Source: Nitrosomonadales bacterium
Lineage (GTDB): Bacteria > Pseudomonadota > Gammaproteobacteria > Burkholderiales > SG8-39
Assembly (NCBI GenBank): GCA_005240145.1
Contig: SBAS01000115.1
Location: forward strand, 4,188 to 68,187
Direction of reading: 5' to 3'
Length of the DNA: 64,000 nucleotides
Position numbers and translations under genes: made by a program. The first letter of the stretch is position 1. Every line of letters begins with the position of its first letter. The notes beneath the pieces were generated by a model, which was given only the letters and a program-made list of their open reading frames with translations, made no database searches and had not been told where the DNA came from. Positions 27,881 through 38,696 of the stretch are shown in pieces.

Positions 27881-28440
27881 TAGATGTACAGGCCCTTTTC
27901 TTTTATGTAGCCGAGCACCGGTGCCGGCAGCATTGCAGCCACGTCTTCGCCGCGCGCGAGGCGCGCGCGGATGTCGCTTGCAGAGACTGGCATCGGGGTC
28001 ATGGAGAGGGTCTTTGCCTTTGCATCCAGTTTCGTTCCGGGCCTTGCGACCACGGCGATTTCGCAGAGTTTCTCGAGTTCCTGCCAGCGGTGCCAGCTAT
28101 CGCGTTTCGCATACTGGTCTGCACCCATGAGCAGGATGTAGTTCGCTTTCTTATCTTTTTCTTTCAAGGCTTTTAAACTTTCATAAGTGAATCCACTCGC
28201 ACCCGGCTGGAGTTCGCGCTCGTCGATGGCGTAGCGCGGCTCACCGACGATGGCGAGCCTGAGCATGCCGAGACGGTGCGCCGCGGCGGCAACCGGCGCC
28301 TCCCGGTAGGCGGGCGCGCCGGTCGGCAGCCAGAGCACCTGCTGCAAGCCCAATTCCCGCAGCGCCGCGCCTGCGATTGCGAGGTGCGCGTTGTGGACGG
28401 GGTCGAACGTGCCGCCGAGGATGCCGACTGGCCTTGCCAC
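27880..28440 (-). CDS. nadD: Nicotinate-nucleotide adenylyltransferase (about 186 aa)
   Basis: GILGGTFDPVHNAH, LMGADQY, VSASDIR; start GTG 28440 overlaps the proA stop. Confidence 0.92.
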   Translation of the reverse strand: MARPVGILGGTFDPVHNAHLAIAGAALRELGLQQVLWLPTGAPAYREAPVAAAAHRLGMLRLAIVGEPRYAIDERELQPGASGFTYESLKALKEKDKKANYILLMGADQYAKRDSWHRWQELEKLCEIAVVARPGTKLDAKAKTLSMTPMPVSASDIRARLARGEDVAAMLPAPVLGYIKEKGLYI

Positions 28441-29765
28441 TAAGATCTGATTTCCCCGTGCCCGAGGACGACGAACTTCTGCGTCGTCAGCCCTTCGAGG
28501 CCGACCGGGCCGCGCGCGTGCAGCTTGTCGGTGGAGATCCCGATCTCGGCGCCCAGGCCGTACTCGTAGCCGTCGGCGAAACGGGTCGAGGCGTTCACCA
28601 TCACCGAACTCGAATCCACTTCGCGCAGGAAGCGCTCGGCGCGCGCCTGGTCGGTGGTGACGATGGCGTCGGTGTGCCGCGAGCCGTACCTGGCGATGTG
28701 CGCGATCGCCTCGTCGAGGCCCTTTACCACCCGGATCGACACGATCGGCGCCAGCCACTCGGTGTAGTAGTCCTTTTCCGTCGCCGTTTTTGCGCCCGAT
28801 ATTAGTTTGCGGGTCGCGTCATCGCCGCGAATTTCCACCGCTTTATCGAGAAAAATCCTGCCGATCGAAGGCAAAACCTGCGCCGCAATGCCTTCTGCCA
28901 CCAGCAGCGTCTCCATGGTGTTGCAGGTGCCGTAGCGCTGCGTCTTGGCATTGTCGGCCAGGCGCACCGCCATCGCCGCGTCGGCGCGGTCGTCGACGTA
29001 CAGGTGGCACACGCCGTCGAGGTGCTTGATCATCGGGATTTTCGCTTCGCGCATCAGGCGCTCGATCAGTTCCTTGCCACCGCGCGGCACAATGATGTCC
29101 ACGTATTGATGCATCGTGATGAGTTCGCCCACCGCGGCGCGATCGGCGGTGGCGACCGCCTGCACCGCGTTCTCGGGCAGCCCAGCGGCCTTGAGGCCCG
29201 CGCGCACGCAGGCCGAGATCGCCTGGTTGGAGCGCAGCGCTTCGGAGCCGCCGCGCAGGATGCAGGCGTTGCCGGCCTTCAGGCACAGCCCCGCGGCATC
29301 GGCGGTGACGTTCGGCCGCGACTCGTAAATGATGCCGATGACGCCGAGCGGCACGCGCATGCGCCCGACCTCGATGCCGCTCGGGCGCCGCGCCAGCCCG
29401 GTGATGGTGCCGACCGGATCCTCGAGCGCCGCGACGTCTTCGAGGCCCGCGGCCATCTGCTCGATGCGCTCCGCATCGAGCACGAGGCGATCGACGAAGG
29501 CGCCGTCGCGTCCGTCCTTCTTCGCCTGCGCGAGGTCAGCGCGGTTCGCCTCCAGCAGCTCCTCCGCGCGTGTGCGTATTTGCGCCGCCATCGCGCGCAG
29601 CGCGCGGTTCTTCGCTTCGCTGCCGGCGCGCGCCATGTCGCGCGCCGCAGCGCGCGCCGCCTCGCCCAGGCCTTGCATGTACGCCACGAGGTCGACCGAG
29701 TCGCTACGCAGTCGCGCGCGGGACTTTGCCGATGAGGCCTTCGCCGACCGGGTTTCTACTTTCAC
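28440..29765 (-). CDS. proA: Gamma-glutamyl phosphate reductase
   Basis: [56 protein letters not shown]; true start may be ATG 29678. Confidence 0.95.
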   Translation of the reverse strand: MKVETRSAKASSAKSRARLRSDSVDLVAYMQGLGEAARAAARDMARAGSEAKNRALRAMAAQIRTRAEELLEANRADLAQAKKDGRDGAFVDRLVLDAERIEQMAAGLEDVAALEDPVGTITGLARRPSGIEVGRMRVPLGVIGIIYESRPNVTADAAGLCLKAGNACILRGGSEALRSNQAISACVRAGLKAAGLPENAVQAVATADRAAVGELITMHQYVDIIVPRGGKELIERLMREAKIPMIKHLDGVCHLYVDDRADAAMAVRLADNAKTQRYGTCNTMETLLVAEGIAAQVLPSIGRIFLDKAVEIRGDDATRKLISGAKTATEKDYYTEWLAPIVSIRVVKGLDEAIAHIARYGSRHTDAIVTTDQARAERFLREVDSSSVMVNASTRFADGYEYGLGAEIGISTDKLHARGPVGLEGLTTQKFVVLGHGEIRS

Positions 29766-30762
29766 GCAGCAATTCTAACCCCAGGCGAATGAACTCATCC
29801 CAGGGCTCGCCGCTGCCGACGCCCTTGCTGGCGCGGTCGATCGCCGCGGCGTGCACGATCGCGGCGAGCACGGCGGCGGGCGGGAATTCTCGCTGCGCCG
29901 CGCGGATCGCCGGCTGGCGCCGCTTCCAGACTTTCGCCGCGTCGATCGCCTCGTCCGCCGAGCGGCCGCGCGCCACCAGGCCCTGCACCAGCGCGAGCGT
30001 CTGCAGGTCGCCGGCGAGGATGGCGAGGATGAATACCGGGGATTCGCCTTCGCCGCGCAGGCCGTCGATCGCGCGCACGTAGCGCTTCACGTCGCCGGTG
30101 AGCAGCGCGTCGCTGGCGATGAAGGGATCGAAGCGCGCCACCGTCGCCACGGCGCTGCACACCGTCTCGAGGTCCAGCTCGCCGCGCGGCGCGAGCAGGG
30201 CGAGTTTCTGGATCTCCTGGTGCGCGGCAAGCAGGTTCCCCTCGACGCGGTCGACGAGGTACTGCATGGCCTCGGCATCGACGCTCTGGCCGTTGCGCGC
30301 GAGGCGCCCGCGCAGCCAGTCGGGCAGGCGCGCAAGTTCCACGGTGCTCACTTCGGCGACCACGCCGGCGGCGGAGAGCGCGGTGAACCACGCGGCTTTC
30401 CAGTACGGCCCTTCCGGGCGCGGCATGGTGACCACGAGCAGGTTCTCCGGGTTGGGCCTCGCGCACCAGGCGGCGATCGCGTTGCCGCCCTCGACGCCGG
30501 GCTTGCCGCCCGGGATGCGCAGCTCGAGGATTTTCCTGCCGCCGAAGAGCGAAAGGTTGGCGCCGGCGTTGCGCAGCTCGCCCCAGTCGAAGCCCCTGCC
30601 GGCGACGAACACCTCGCGCTCGTCGTAGCCCTGCTTGCGCGCGGCGGCGCGCACGGCGTCGGCGGCTTCGAGCACGAGCAGCGGCTCGTCGCCGTGTATC
30701 AGGTAGGCGGCGGCAAGGTTCTTCTGCAGCTGCGCTTCGAGTTGCTCGGCGCGAACCTGCAT
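29704..30762 (-). CDS. holA: DNA polymerase III subunit delta
   Basis: [39 protein letters not shown]. Confidence 0.93.
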   Translation of the reverse strand: MQVRAEQLEAQLQKNLAAAYLIHGDEPLLVLEAADAVRAAARKQGYDEREVFVAGRGFDWGELRNAGANLSLFGGRKILELRIPGGKPGVEGGNAIAAWCARPNPENLLVVTMPRPEGPYWKAAWFTALSAAGVVAEVSTVELARLPDWLRGRLARNGQSVDAEAMQYLVDRVEGNLLAAHQEIQKLALLAPRGELDLETVCSAVATVARFDPFIASDALLTGDVKRYVRAIDGLRGEGESPVFILAILAGDLQTLALVQGLVARGRSADEAIDAAKVWKRRQPAIRAAQREFPPAAVLAAIVHAAAIDRASKGVGSGEPWDEFIRLGLELLRESRNPVGEGLIGKVPRATA

Positions 30763-31260
30763 TTACTGCGGGGGAGGCTTGGGCCGCTGCGCGCCGAAGA
30801 GCCGGCGCAGGATCAGCTGCACCATGTCGAACTGCATGTCGCGAAAGAGGAGCCCCTCCTCGGTGTCCTTGGCCAGCACGTCGGTGTCGTTGAAGCTCAC
30901 GTCGCGGGTGAGCTGCACGGTGCTCAAGGGCAGGAATTCGCCGCCCTTGCCGTCGTGCACGCGAAAGGCGACGCGATAGATGAGCTGGAACTCGCGCACG
31001 CGCCCCGTGGCGGCGAGCGACAGGATCTTCTTCTCGCGCAGCTCCTGCAGCAGCTCCAGCACCGCCTGCGCTTTTTTCGCGTCCTCGATCACCGTGGTGC
31101 GCGTGCCCGCCTGGATGTTGCGCTTGAGGTCCAGCCCGATGCCGGCCGAAGTGCCGGTCATGTAGAGCGTGTCAAAAGGCAGCGGCGCGGCGCCGCGCAG
31201 CTGGAAGCCGCATGCGGCAAGCAGGCAGGTGAGCGCAAGCGCGAAGGCGAAGGTACGCAT
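30763..31260 (-). CDS. lptE: LPS assembly lipoprotein LptE
   Basis: Lipobox LAACGFQLRG, GRVREFQL; located between leuS and holA. Confidence 0.92.
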   Translation of the reverse strand: MRTFAFALALTCLLAACGFQLRGAAPLPFDTLYMTGTSAGIGLDLKRNIQAGTRTTVIEDAKKAQAVLELLQELREKKILSLAATGRVREFQLIYRVAFRVHDGKGGEFLPLSTVQLTRDVSFNDTDVLAKDTEEGLLFRDMQFDMVQLILRRLFGAQRPKPPPQ

Positions 31261-33809
31261 CAGACGACGATATTGATGAGGCGGCCGGGCACGATGATGG
31301 TCTTGCGCACCGCCTTGCCCTCAATGTACTTCTTTACCGCCTCGGCCGCCATCGCTTCCAGGGTCTGCTGGTCGGCGGACTTCGGCAGTTTTGCGTTGCC
31401 GCGCGTCTTGCCGTTGACCTGGATGACGTAGCTGATTTCCTCCTGCTCGAGGGCCGTCGGATCCGGATCCGGCCACGCCGCCGTCATGATGTCCTTGCCG
31501 AAGTTCAATTGCGTCCACAGGGCGTGGCAGATGTGGGGCGTGATGGGTGAAAGCAGCCGCAGCAGGATCGAGAGCCCTTCCTGCGTGACGTCGTTCTTGA
31601 CGCCTGGAAGCCTTTCCAGCGCGTTCAATATCTTCATCGCTGCCGAGGCCACGGTATTGAACTGGTGCTTGCCGAGGTCATAGTTGGCCTGCTTCAGCAC
31701 GGCGTGGATCTCGTGGCGGATTTCCCTGTCCTTCTCGCTCTGAGCTGAATTTCCCCCCGAAAAATTCAAACCATAGTTCCACAGCCGCCTGAGGAAGCGG
31801 TAGGAGCCCTCGACGCCCTCGTCGGACCACTCGAGGCTGCTGGTGGGCGGCGAGGCGAAGATGATGAAAAAGCGCGCGGTGTCGGCGCCGTAGCGCTCGA
31901 TCAGCTCCTGGGGATCGACGCCGTTGTTGCGCGACTTCGACATGGTGCCGATGCCGTCGAACACGACGTCGCTGCCGTCCTTCATTTTCGCCGAGAGGAT
32001 TTTTCCCTTCGCATCGCGCGTCAGCGCCACCGCCGACGGATTTACCCATTCGCGCCGGCCTTCCGGCGTATCGCGGTAGTAGGTCTCGGCGAGCACCATG
32101 CCCTGCGTAAGCAGCCGGGTGAAGGGCTCCGAGAAGCCCTTGAGCAGGCCTTCGTCGCGCATGACGCGCGTGATGAAGCGCGAATACAAGAGGTGCAGGA
32201 TGGCGTGCTCGATGCCGCCGATGTACTGGTCCACCGCCATCCAGTAATTGGCGCGCTCGTCCACCATCGCGTTCGCCTGGTCGGGGCAGGCGTAGCGCGC
32301 GAAGTACCAGGACGAATCGACGAAGGTGTCCATGGTGTCGGTTTCGCGTTTCGCTGGCTTGCCGCAGGACGGGCACTTGGTTTCGTAGAACGCCGGCAGC
32401 TTGTTGAGCGGGTTGCCCGTGCCGTCGGGCACCAGGTGTTCCGGCAGTACCACGGGCAACTGGTCGTCGGGCACCGGCACGTCGCCGCAGGCGGGGCAGT
32501 GCACGATCGGCACCGGGCAGCCCCAGTAGCGCTGGCGCGAGATGCCCCAGTCGCGCAATCGCCACTGCACCTGCTTCTCGCCCAGGTTCTTCGCCTTCAG
32601 GTCGGTCGCGATGGCGTCGACGGATTGCTGGAAGTTCAAGCCGTCGTACTTGCCGGAGTTGATGCACCTGCCGTGGTCGGTGTAGTGATCGGCCCAGGTG
32701 TCGGCGGAGAAGTCCCTGACGTCGATGACCTGCGGGATCGCCAGGCCGTACTTGAGCGCAAAGGCGAAGTCGCGCTCGTCGTGCGCGGGCACGCCCATGA
32801 CCGCGCCTTCGCCGTAGGTCATGAGCACGTAGTTGCCGACCCAGACCGCAAGCTGTTCGCCGCTGATGGGATGGGTGCAGAACATGCCGGTGGGCATGCC
32901 CTTCTTCTCGATCTGCGCCAGTTCCGCTTCGAGCACCGTGCCGCGTTTGCATTCTTCGACGAACGCGGCGAGTTCCTTATTGTTCCTCGCCGCATGTGCC
33001 GCAATGGGATGCTCCGCTGCCACGGCGCAGAACGTCGTCCCCATCAGCGTGTCGGCGCGAGTGGTGAATACCCACAACACGCGCTTTTGCTTTTCCAGTT
33101 CATATTCAAAACCGATGCGCACGCCCTCGGAACGGCCGAGCCAGTTCTTCTGCATCAGCTTGACCTGCTCGGGCCAGCCGCTCATGCCGTCGAGGGCAGC
33201 CAACAGTTCGTCGGCGTACTGCGTGATGCGCAGGAAGTACATCGGGATTTCACGCTTTTCCACCGGCGCGCCGGTGCGCCAGCCGCGGCCCTCGATCACC
33301 TGCTCATTCGCCAATACCGTCTGGTCGACCGGGTCCCAGTTGACGACGCCGGTCTTCTTGTAGGCGATGCCCTTCCTGAACAGGCGCGTGAACAGCCACT
33401 GGTTCCACTTGTAGAAGCTCGCGTCGCAGGTGGCCAGTTCGCGCTCCCAGTCGAGCGCGAAACCGAGGGCCTGCAACTGCTTCTTCATGTAGGCGATGTT
33501 GTCGCGCGTCCACTTCGCCGGCGGCACCTTGTTCGCCATGGCCGCGTTCTCGGCGGGCAGGCCGAAGGCGTCCCAGCCCATCGGCTGCAGCACGTTCATG
33601 CCGCGCATGCGGTGGTGCCGCGTGATCACGTCGCCGATGGTGTAATTGCGCACGTGCCCCATGTGCAGCTTCCCCGAGGGGTAGGGAAACATCGACAGGC
33701 AGTAGAATTTGGGGCGCGATGCGTCTTCGCTGACGCGGAACGAACGGCGCGACTCCCAGAACGACTGGGCCTCGCTTTCGACGCGGCGGGGATCGTAACG
33801 CTGAAGCAT
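31260..33809 (-). CDS. leuS: Leucine--tRNA ligase
   Basis: [54 protein letters not shown] variant of KMSKS. Confidence 0.97.
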   Translation of the reverse strand: MLQRYDPRRVESEAQSFWESRRSFRVSEDASRPKFYCLSMFPYPSGKLHMGHVRNYTIGDVITRHHRMRGMNVLQPMGWDAFGLPAENAAMANKVPPAKWTRDNIAYMKKQLQALGFALDWERELATCDASFYKWNQWLFTRLFRKGIAYKKTGVVNWDPVDQTVLANEQVIEGRGWRTGAPVEKREIPMYFLRITQYADELLAALDGMSGWPEQVKLMQKNWLGRSEGVRIGFEYELEKQKRVLWVFTTRADTLMGTTFCAVAAEHPIAAHAARNNKELAAFVEECKRGTVLEAELAQIEKKGMPTGMFCTHPISGEQLAVWVGNYVLMTYGEGAVMGVPAHDERDFAFALKYGLAIPQVIDVRDFSADTWADHYTDHGRCINSGKYDGLNFQQSVDAIATDLKAKNLGEKQVQWRLRDWGISRQRYWGCPVPIVHCPACGDVPVPDDQLPVVLPEHLVPDGTGNPLNKLPAFYETKCPSCGKPAKRETDTMDTFVDSSWYFARYACPDQANAMVDERANYWMAVDQYIGGIEHAILHLLYSRFITRVMRDEGLLKGFSEPFTRLLTQGMVLAETYYRDTPEGRREWVNPSAVALTRDAKGKILSAKMKDGSDVVFDGIGTMSKSRNNGVDPQELIERYGADTARFFIIFASPPTSSLEWSDEGVEGSYRFLRRLWNYGLNFSGGNSAQSEKDREIRHEIHAVLKQANYDLGKHQFNTVASAAMKILNALERLPGVKNDVTQEGLSILLRLLSPITPHICHALWTQLNFGKDIMTAAWPDPDPTALEQEEISYVIQVNGKTRGNAKLPKSADQQTLEAMAAEAVKKYIEGKAVRKTIIVPGRLINIVV

Positions 33810-33840
33810 GGAAGCGGCGGATTATAAGGGAGGGTTCCGC

Positions 33841-34797
33841 ATGAAGAATGTCCTCTGGCTGGCTATATTTCTCGTGTCCTCGGGCGCGGCGCAGGCGCAG
33901 GGCTGGCCGTCGAAATCGGTGCGCTTCATCGTGCCGTTCCCGCCAGGCGGTGCCACCGACGTGGCAGCGCGGGCCGTCGCCGACAAGCTGACGCAGGCGC
34001 TCGGACAGCAGTTCGTGATCGACAATCGCGCCGGCGCCTCGGGCGCCATCGGCGCGGCCGAAGTGGCGCGCGCCGCGCCCGACGGCTACACCATCCTGTT
34101 TGCGGCCGATCCCGTCACCACGCTGCACCTGGTGATGAAAAGCGTCCCCTACGACACGTTGCGCGACTTCGTGCCCATCACCCAGGTCACGACCCAGCCG
34201 ATCGCGGTCGCGGCCCACAGTTCGGTGCCCGTGAAAAACGTGCAGGAGCTGATCGCGCTGGTGAAATCGCAGCCCGGCAAATTCTCGTTCGCGCATTCCG
34301 GCATCGGCACCGGCCAGCACCTTTCGGGGGAATTGTTGAAGAAGCTGGCCGGCATCGACATGGTGCACGTGCCCTACAAGGGCGGTGGTCCGGCGGTGAC
34401 GGACCTGGTGGCAGGGCAGGTGCCGCTCGCCGTGCTTGGTTCGACCCCGCTCATCCCGCATCACAAGTCGGGCCGCATCAAGATCCTCGCTTTCACCAGC
34501 AAGGATCGCTTCCCGACCATGCAGGACGTTCCCACGCTGCACGAGTCCGGCTTCCCGGGCTTCGACACCGGGCAGTGGCTCGGCCTGCTCGGGCCGCGCG
34601 GCACGCCCGCCGAGGTCGTCAACCGGCTCTACGCGGAAACGCGCAAGGCGCTCGCCCTGCCCGACGTGCGTGAACGGTTACTGGCATCGGCACTGCTGCC
34701 GGTGGGCAATACGCCGCAGGAATTTGCGGGCGTGATCAGCGCCGACATCGAGCGCTGGACCAAACTCGCCGGCGAGCTGGGTCTGAAGCCGCAGTAG
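33841..34797 (+). CDS. Bug/TctC substrate-binding protein
   Basis: Signal peptide, WPSKSVRFIVPFPPGGATD, DNRAGASG, HVPYKGGGPA; RBS GGGAGG before ATG 33841. Confidence 0.92.
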   Translation: MKNVLWLAIFLVSSGAAQAQGWPSKSVRFIVPFPPGGATDVAARAVADKLTQALGQQFVIDNRAGASGAIGAAEVARAAPDGYTILFAADPVTTLHLVMKSVPYDTLRDFVPITQVTTQPIAVAAHSSVPVKNVQELIALVKSQPGKFSFAHSGIGTGQHLSGELLKKLAGIDMVHVPYKGGGPAVTDLVAGQVPLAVLGSTPLIPHHKSGRIKILAFTSKDRFPTMQDVPTLHESGFPGFDTGQWLGLLGPRGTPAEVVNRLYAETRKALALPDVRERLLASALLPVGNTPQEFAGVISADIERWTKLAGELGLKPQ

Positions 34798-34811
34798 AAT
34801 CTGCGGCCTCA

Positions 34812-37028
34812 GTGTCGCTGCACCTCGAACACCTCAATCCCGAACAGCTCGCGGCGGTTACCCTGCATGAAGAGGGAACTGCGGGACACGCCCTTGTGCT
34901 CGCGGGCGCGGGCAGCGGCAAGACGCGCGTTCTCACCACGCGCATCGCTTGGCTGATCACCTCGGGGCACGTCACGCCCGGCGGCGTGCTGGCGGTCACC
35001 TTCACCAACAAGGCGGCGCGCGAAATGGTGACGCGCCTCAGCGCGATGCTGCCGGTGAGCCCGCGCGGGCTGTGGATCGGCACCTTCCACGGCCTCGCCA
35101 ACCGCCTGCTGCGCGCGCACCACCAGGAAGCCGGGCTGCCGCGCGAGTTCCAGATCCTCGACATCCAGGACCAGCTCTCGGCGGTGAAGCGCCTGGCCAA
35201 AAGCCTCAACATCGACGAGGACCGTTTCCCGCCGCGCGACCTGCAGCGCTTCATCAACGGCCACAAGGAGGAAGGGCTGCGCGCCGGCGACGTGCAAATC
35301 ACCGATGACATCACGCGCCGCCAGGTGGCGTTCTTCGCCGCCTATGACGAGCAATGCCAGCGCGAGGGCGTGGCGGATTTTGCCGAACTGCTCCTGCGGA
35401 GCTTCGAGCTGCTGCGCCGGAACGAAATATTGCGCCAGCACTACCAGGCGCGCTTTCGCTACATCCTCGTGGACGAGTTCCAGGACACCAACCGGCTGCA
35501 GTACCGCTGGCTGAAGCAGTTCGCGGGAGCGCAATCGGGGCTCTTCGCGGTGGGCGACGACGACCAGTCGATCTACGGTTTCCGCGGCGCCAACGTCGGC
35601 AACCTGGCGGAGTTCGAGACGGAGTACTCCAAAGGCCAGGTGATCCGCCTGGAGCAGAACTACCGCTCGCAGGGCAACATCCTCGATGCGGCGAACGCGC
35701 TGATCGGCAACAACCGCGCGCGCCTGGGCAAAAACCTGTGGACCTCCGCCGGGCCGGGCGATCCGCTGCGCGTATTCGAGGGCGAAAGCGACGCCGACGA
35801 GGCGCGCTTTATCGCCGAAGAAACGAGCGCGCTGAAGCGGGACGGCACGCGCCTGGTCGACGTCGCGGTGCTGTACCGCTCGAACGCGCAGTCGCGGGTG
35901 CTCGAGCACGCCCTTTTCGGCGCGGGCATTGCCTACCGGGTCTACGGCGGGCTGCGCTTTTTCGAGCGCGCCGAAGTCAAGCACGCGCTCGCCTACCTGC
36001 GCCTCGTCGCCAATCCCGCGGACGACACCTCGTTCCTGCGCATCGCCAATTTTCCCCCGCGCGGCATCGGCGCGCGCAGCATGGAGCAGCTGCAGGATGC
36101 CGCGAAGCAAAACGGGCTTTCGCTTTTTGCCGTCTTGGACCCAAAGGGAAAGGCGGCGGGCTTCAAGAAGCTGATCGAAGAACTGCAAAAAGAGACCACA
36201 GACCTGCCTCTGCCCGAAATGGTCGAGCGCGTCATCCACCGCAGCGGCCTGGTCGCGCACTACAAGAACGAGCGCGAAGGCGCCGAGCGGGTCGAGAACC
36301 TGGAAGAACTGGTCAACGCCGCGGCGGCCTTCGTGCAGGATGAAACCCGGATGGAAGGCAACAACCCGGAGGTCGTGGAGGAAGTCACGCCGCTGGTCGC
36401 TTTCCTCAGCCACGCGGCGCTCGAAGCGGGCGAGCACCAGGCAGGCGAAGGCCAGGACGCGCTGCAGCTGATGACGGTGCACTCGGCCAAGGGCCTGGAG
36501 TTCGATGCCGTGTTCATGAGCGGCCTGGAGGAGGGCCTCTTCCCGCACGAACAGAGCGCGATGGAAAAGGACGGCCTGGAGGAAGAGCGCCGCCTTGCCT
36601 ATGTCGCCATCACGCGCGCGCGCAAGCGCCTCTACCTGACTTTCGCGCAGACCCGGATGCTGCACGGCCAGACGCGCTACAGCCTCGCTTCGCGCTTTCT
36701 GGAGGAAATCCCGGAAGGCCTGAAGAAGTGGCTGACGCCGCGCTTCGCGCGCTCACAGCGCGCGATGGCGTTCGATCTGCCTGCGCGAAGCAAGTCCTAC
36801 TCAGACGACAAGGACACCTATTTTCCGAAACGGGAAAAAGTATCCTTCGCCAGACAACGCGAAGACTCGGGCTTTCGCATCGGCCAGAGCGTCACGCACC
36901 CGAAATTCGGCGCCGGCGTGATCGTCGATGCCGAGGGCGACGGCGGCGATGCGCGCGTGCAGGTGAATTTCGGCCGCCAGGGCGTGAAATGGCTCGCCGT
37001 CGCCGTGGCCAAGCTTCAAGCAGCCTGA
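34812..37028 (+). CDS. uvrD: UvrD/PcrA superfamily I DNA helicase
   Basis: AGAGSGKT, TFTNKAA, VDEFQD, GDDDQSIYGFRGA, EQNYRS, TVHSAKGLEF, EERRLAYVAITRA. Confidence 0.96.
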   Translation: MSLHLEHLNPEQLAAVTLHEEGTAGHALVLAGAGSGKTRVLTTRIAWLITSGHVTPGGVLAVTFTNKAAREMVTRLSAMLPVSPRGLWIGTFHGLANRLLRAHHQEAGLPREFQILDIQDQLSAVKRLAKSLNIDEDRFPPRDLQRFINGHKEEGLRAGDVQITDDITRRQVAFFAAYDEQCQREGVADFAELLLRSFELLRRNEILRQHYQARFRYILVDEFQDTNRLQYRWLKQFAGAQSGLFAVGDDDQSIYGFRGANVGNLAEFETEYSKGQVIRLEQNYRSQGNILDAANALIGNNRARLGKNLWTSAGPGDPLRVFEGESDADEARFIAEETSALKRDGTRLVDVAVLYRSNAQSRVLEHALFGAGIAYRVYGGLRFFERAEVKHALAYLRLVANPADDTSFLRIANFPPRGIGARSMEQLQDAAKQNGLSLFAVLDPKGKAAGFKKLIEELQKETTDLPLPEMVERVIHRSGLVAHYKNEREGAERVENLEELVNAAAAFVQDETRMEGNNPEVVEEVTPLVAFLSHAALEAGEHQAGEGQDALQLMTVHSAKGLEFDAVFMSGLEEGLFPHEQSAMEKDGLEEERRLAYVAITRARKRLYLTFAQTRMLHGQTRYSLASRFLEEIPEGLKKWLTPRFARSQRAMAFDLPARSKSYSDDKDTYFPKREKVSFARQREDSGFRIGQSVTHPKFGAGVIVDAEGDGGDARVQVNFGRQGVKWLAVAVAKLQAA

Positions 37029-37035
37029 GAATCAG

Positions 37036-37096
37036 AAATCAGGGACAGTCCACGATTTCCTTAGTTCGTGTGGAAATCGTGGACTGTCCCTGATTT
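37036..37096. repeat. REP-like inverted-repeat doublet, copy 2
   Basis: Perfect 25-bp arms AAATCAGGGACAGTCCACGATTTCC (37036-37060) and GGAAATCGTGGACTGTCCCTGATTT (37072-37096), 11-nt spacer; same family as 8684-8763. Confidence 0.88.
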
Positions 37097-37133
37097 CCAA
37101 GCTGCAGGCCGCGTAAAATTCCAGTTCGAGCCG

Positions 37134-38672
37134 ATGAAACGCAACGACTATCTCGAAAGAATCCTCAAGGCGCGCGTCTACGACGTCGCGCAACAGACGC
37201 CGCTCGAACTCGCGCCGGCCCTCTCGCGGCGCCTGGGCAACCGGCTGCTCCTGAAGCGCGAGGACCTGCAGCCGGTGTTCTCCTTCAAGCTGCGCGGCGC
37301 CTACAACAAGATGGTCAACCTCCCGCCGGCGAAGCTGGCGAAGGGCGTGATCGCCACGAGCGCGGGCAACCACGCCCAAGGCGTGGCACTGGCGGCGCAG
37401 AAGCTCGGCTGCCGCGCGCTGATCGTGATGCCGGTGACGGCGCCGAAAATCAAGGTCGACGCGGTCGCGGCGCGCGGCGCGCAGGTGATCCTGCGCGGCG
37501 ACAGCTATTCGGAGGCCTACCGCTACGCGATGCAGTTGAAGCGCAAGCGCGGTCTGACCTTCGTGCACCCCTACGACGATCCGGACGTGATCGCGGGGCA
37601 GGGCACCATCGGCATGGAGATCCTGCGCCAGAGCGCGCGGCCGATCCACGCCGTCTTCGTCGCGGTCGGCGGCGGCGGCCTGATCGCAGGCATCGCCGCC
37701 TATATCAAGCGCCTGCGGCCCTCGGTGCGCGTGATCGGCGTCGAGCCGGTGGATGCCGACGCCATGACGCGCTCGCTCAAGGCCGGGCGGCGGGTCGTGC
37801 TCGATCACGTCGGCCTCTTCGCCGACGCGGTGGCGGTGAAGCAGGTGGGCAAGGAGACCTTCCGCTTGGCCAGGCAGTTCGTCGACGAAATGGTGCTGGT
37901 GGACACCGACGAAATGTGCGCGGCGATCAAGGACGTGTTCGAGGACACGCGCGTGGTGCTCGAACCCTCGGGCGCGCTCGCGATTGCCGGCGCCAAGGCC
38001 TGGGTGGAGCGCCACGCCGAACGCGGCAGGAGAATCCGCGGCAAGACCCTGGTCGCGGTGGCCTGCGGCGCCAACGCGAATTTCGACCGGCTACGTTTCG
38101 TCGCCGAGCGCGCCGAAGTCGGCGAACACCGCGAGGCGGTGCTCGCGGCGACGCTGCCGGAGCGGCGCGGCAGCTTCCGGCGCTTCTGCCGCGCGCTGGG
38201 CGGGCGCAACGTCACCGAGTTCAACTACCGCATGTCGGATCCGCGCGAGGCGCACATCATCGTCAGCGTCACGGTGCACGACCGCGACGAGACCGCGCGC
38301 ATCGTGAGGAGCCTCAGGCGGGGCGGTTTCCGCACCCTCGACCTCTCGGACGACGAAGTCGCCAAGGGGCACATGCGCCACATGATCGGGGGGCATTTGC
38401 CCAAAAACAAAAATAGCATCACCGAACTCCTGTATCGCTTCGAATTCCCGGAGCGGCGCGGCGCGCTGATGAAGTTCCTCACCGCGATGAACCCGGGCTG
38501 GAACATCAGCCTCTTTAACTACCGCAACCTGGGCGCCGACTACGGCTCGATCCTGGTCGGCATGCAGGTGCCGAAGGCCGACATGGGCGAGTTCCGCCGC
38601 TTCCTCGGCAAGCTCGGCTATCCCTGCGCCGACGAGACGCGCAATCCGGCGTACCGTCTTTTCCTCGCCTGA
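37134..38672 (+). CDS. ilvA: Biosynthetic threonine ammonia-lyase
   Basis: KREDLQPVFSFKLRGAYN, SAGNHAQG, GGGGL, two C-terminal ACT-like domains (FEFPER, LFNYRN); start ATG 37134. Confidence 0.96.
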   Translation: MKRNDYLERILKARVYDVAQQTPLELAPALSRRLGNRLLLKREDLQPVFSFKLRGAYNKMVNLPPAKLAKGVIATSAGNHAQGVALAAQKLGCRALIVMPVTAPKIKVDAVAARGAQVILRGDSYSEAYRYAMQLKRKRGLTFVHPYDDPDVIAGQGTIGMEILRQSARPIHAVFVAVGGGGLIAGIAAYIKRLRPSVRVIGVEPVDADAMTRSLKAGRRVVLDHVGLFADAVAVKQVGKETFRLARQFVDEMVLVDTDEMCAAIKDVFEDTRVVLEPSGALAIAGAKAWVERHAERGRRIRGKTLVAVACGANANFDRLRFVAERAEVGEHREAVLAATLPERRGSFRRFCRALGGRNVTEFNYRMSDPREAHIIVSVTVHDRDETARIVRSLRRGGFRTLDLSDDEVAKGHMRHMIGGHLPKNKNSITELLYRFEFPERRGALMKFLTAMNPGWNISLFNYRNLGADYGSILVGMQVPKADMGEFRRFLGKLGYPCADETRNPAYRLFLA

Positions 38673-38696
38673 GCATGGCGCGCGGCCAAAAATAGG

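Noticed and set aside
29678-29765. 62-nt holA/proA overlap suggesting dual coding
   Set aside because: It disappears if proA starts at ATG 29678 or nearby, so this is a start-call ambiguity.
31930-31960. LeuRS TMSKS instead of KMSKS
   Set aside because: The catalytically important second Lys is retained, and I recall this variant from other betaproteobacterial LeuRS.
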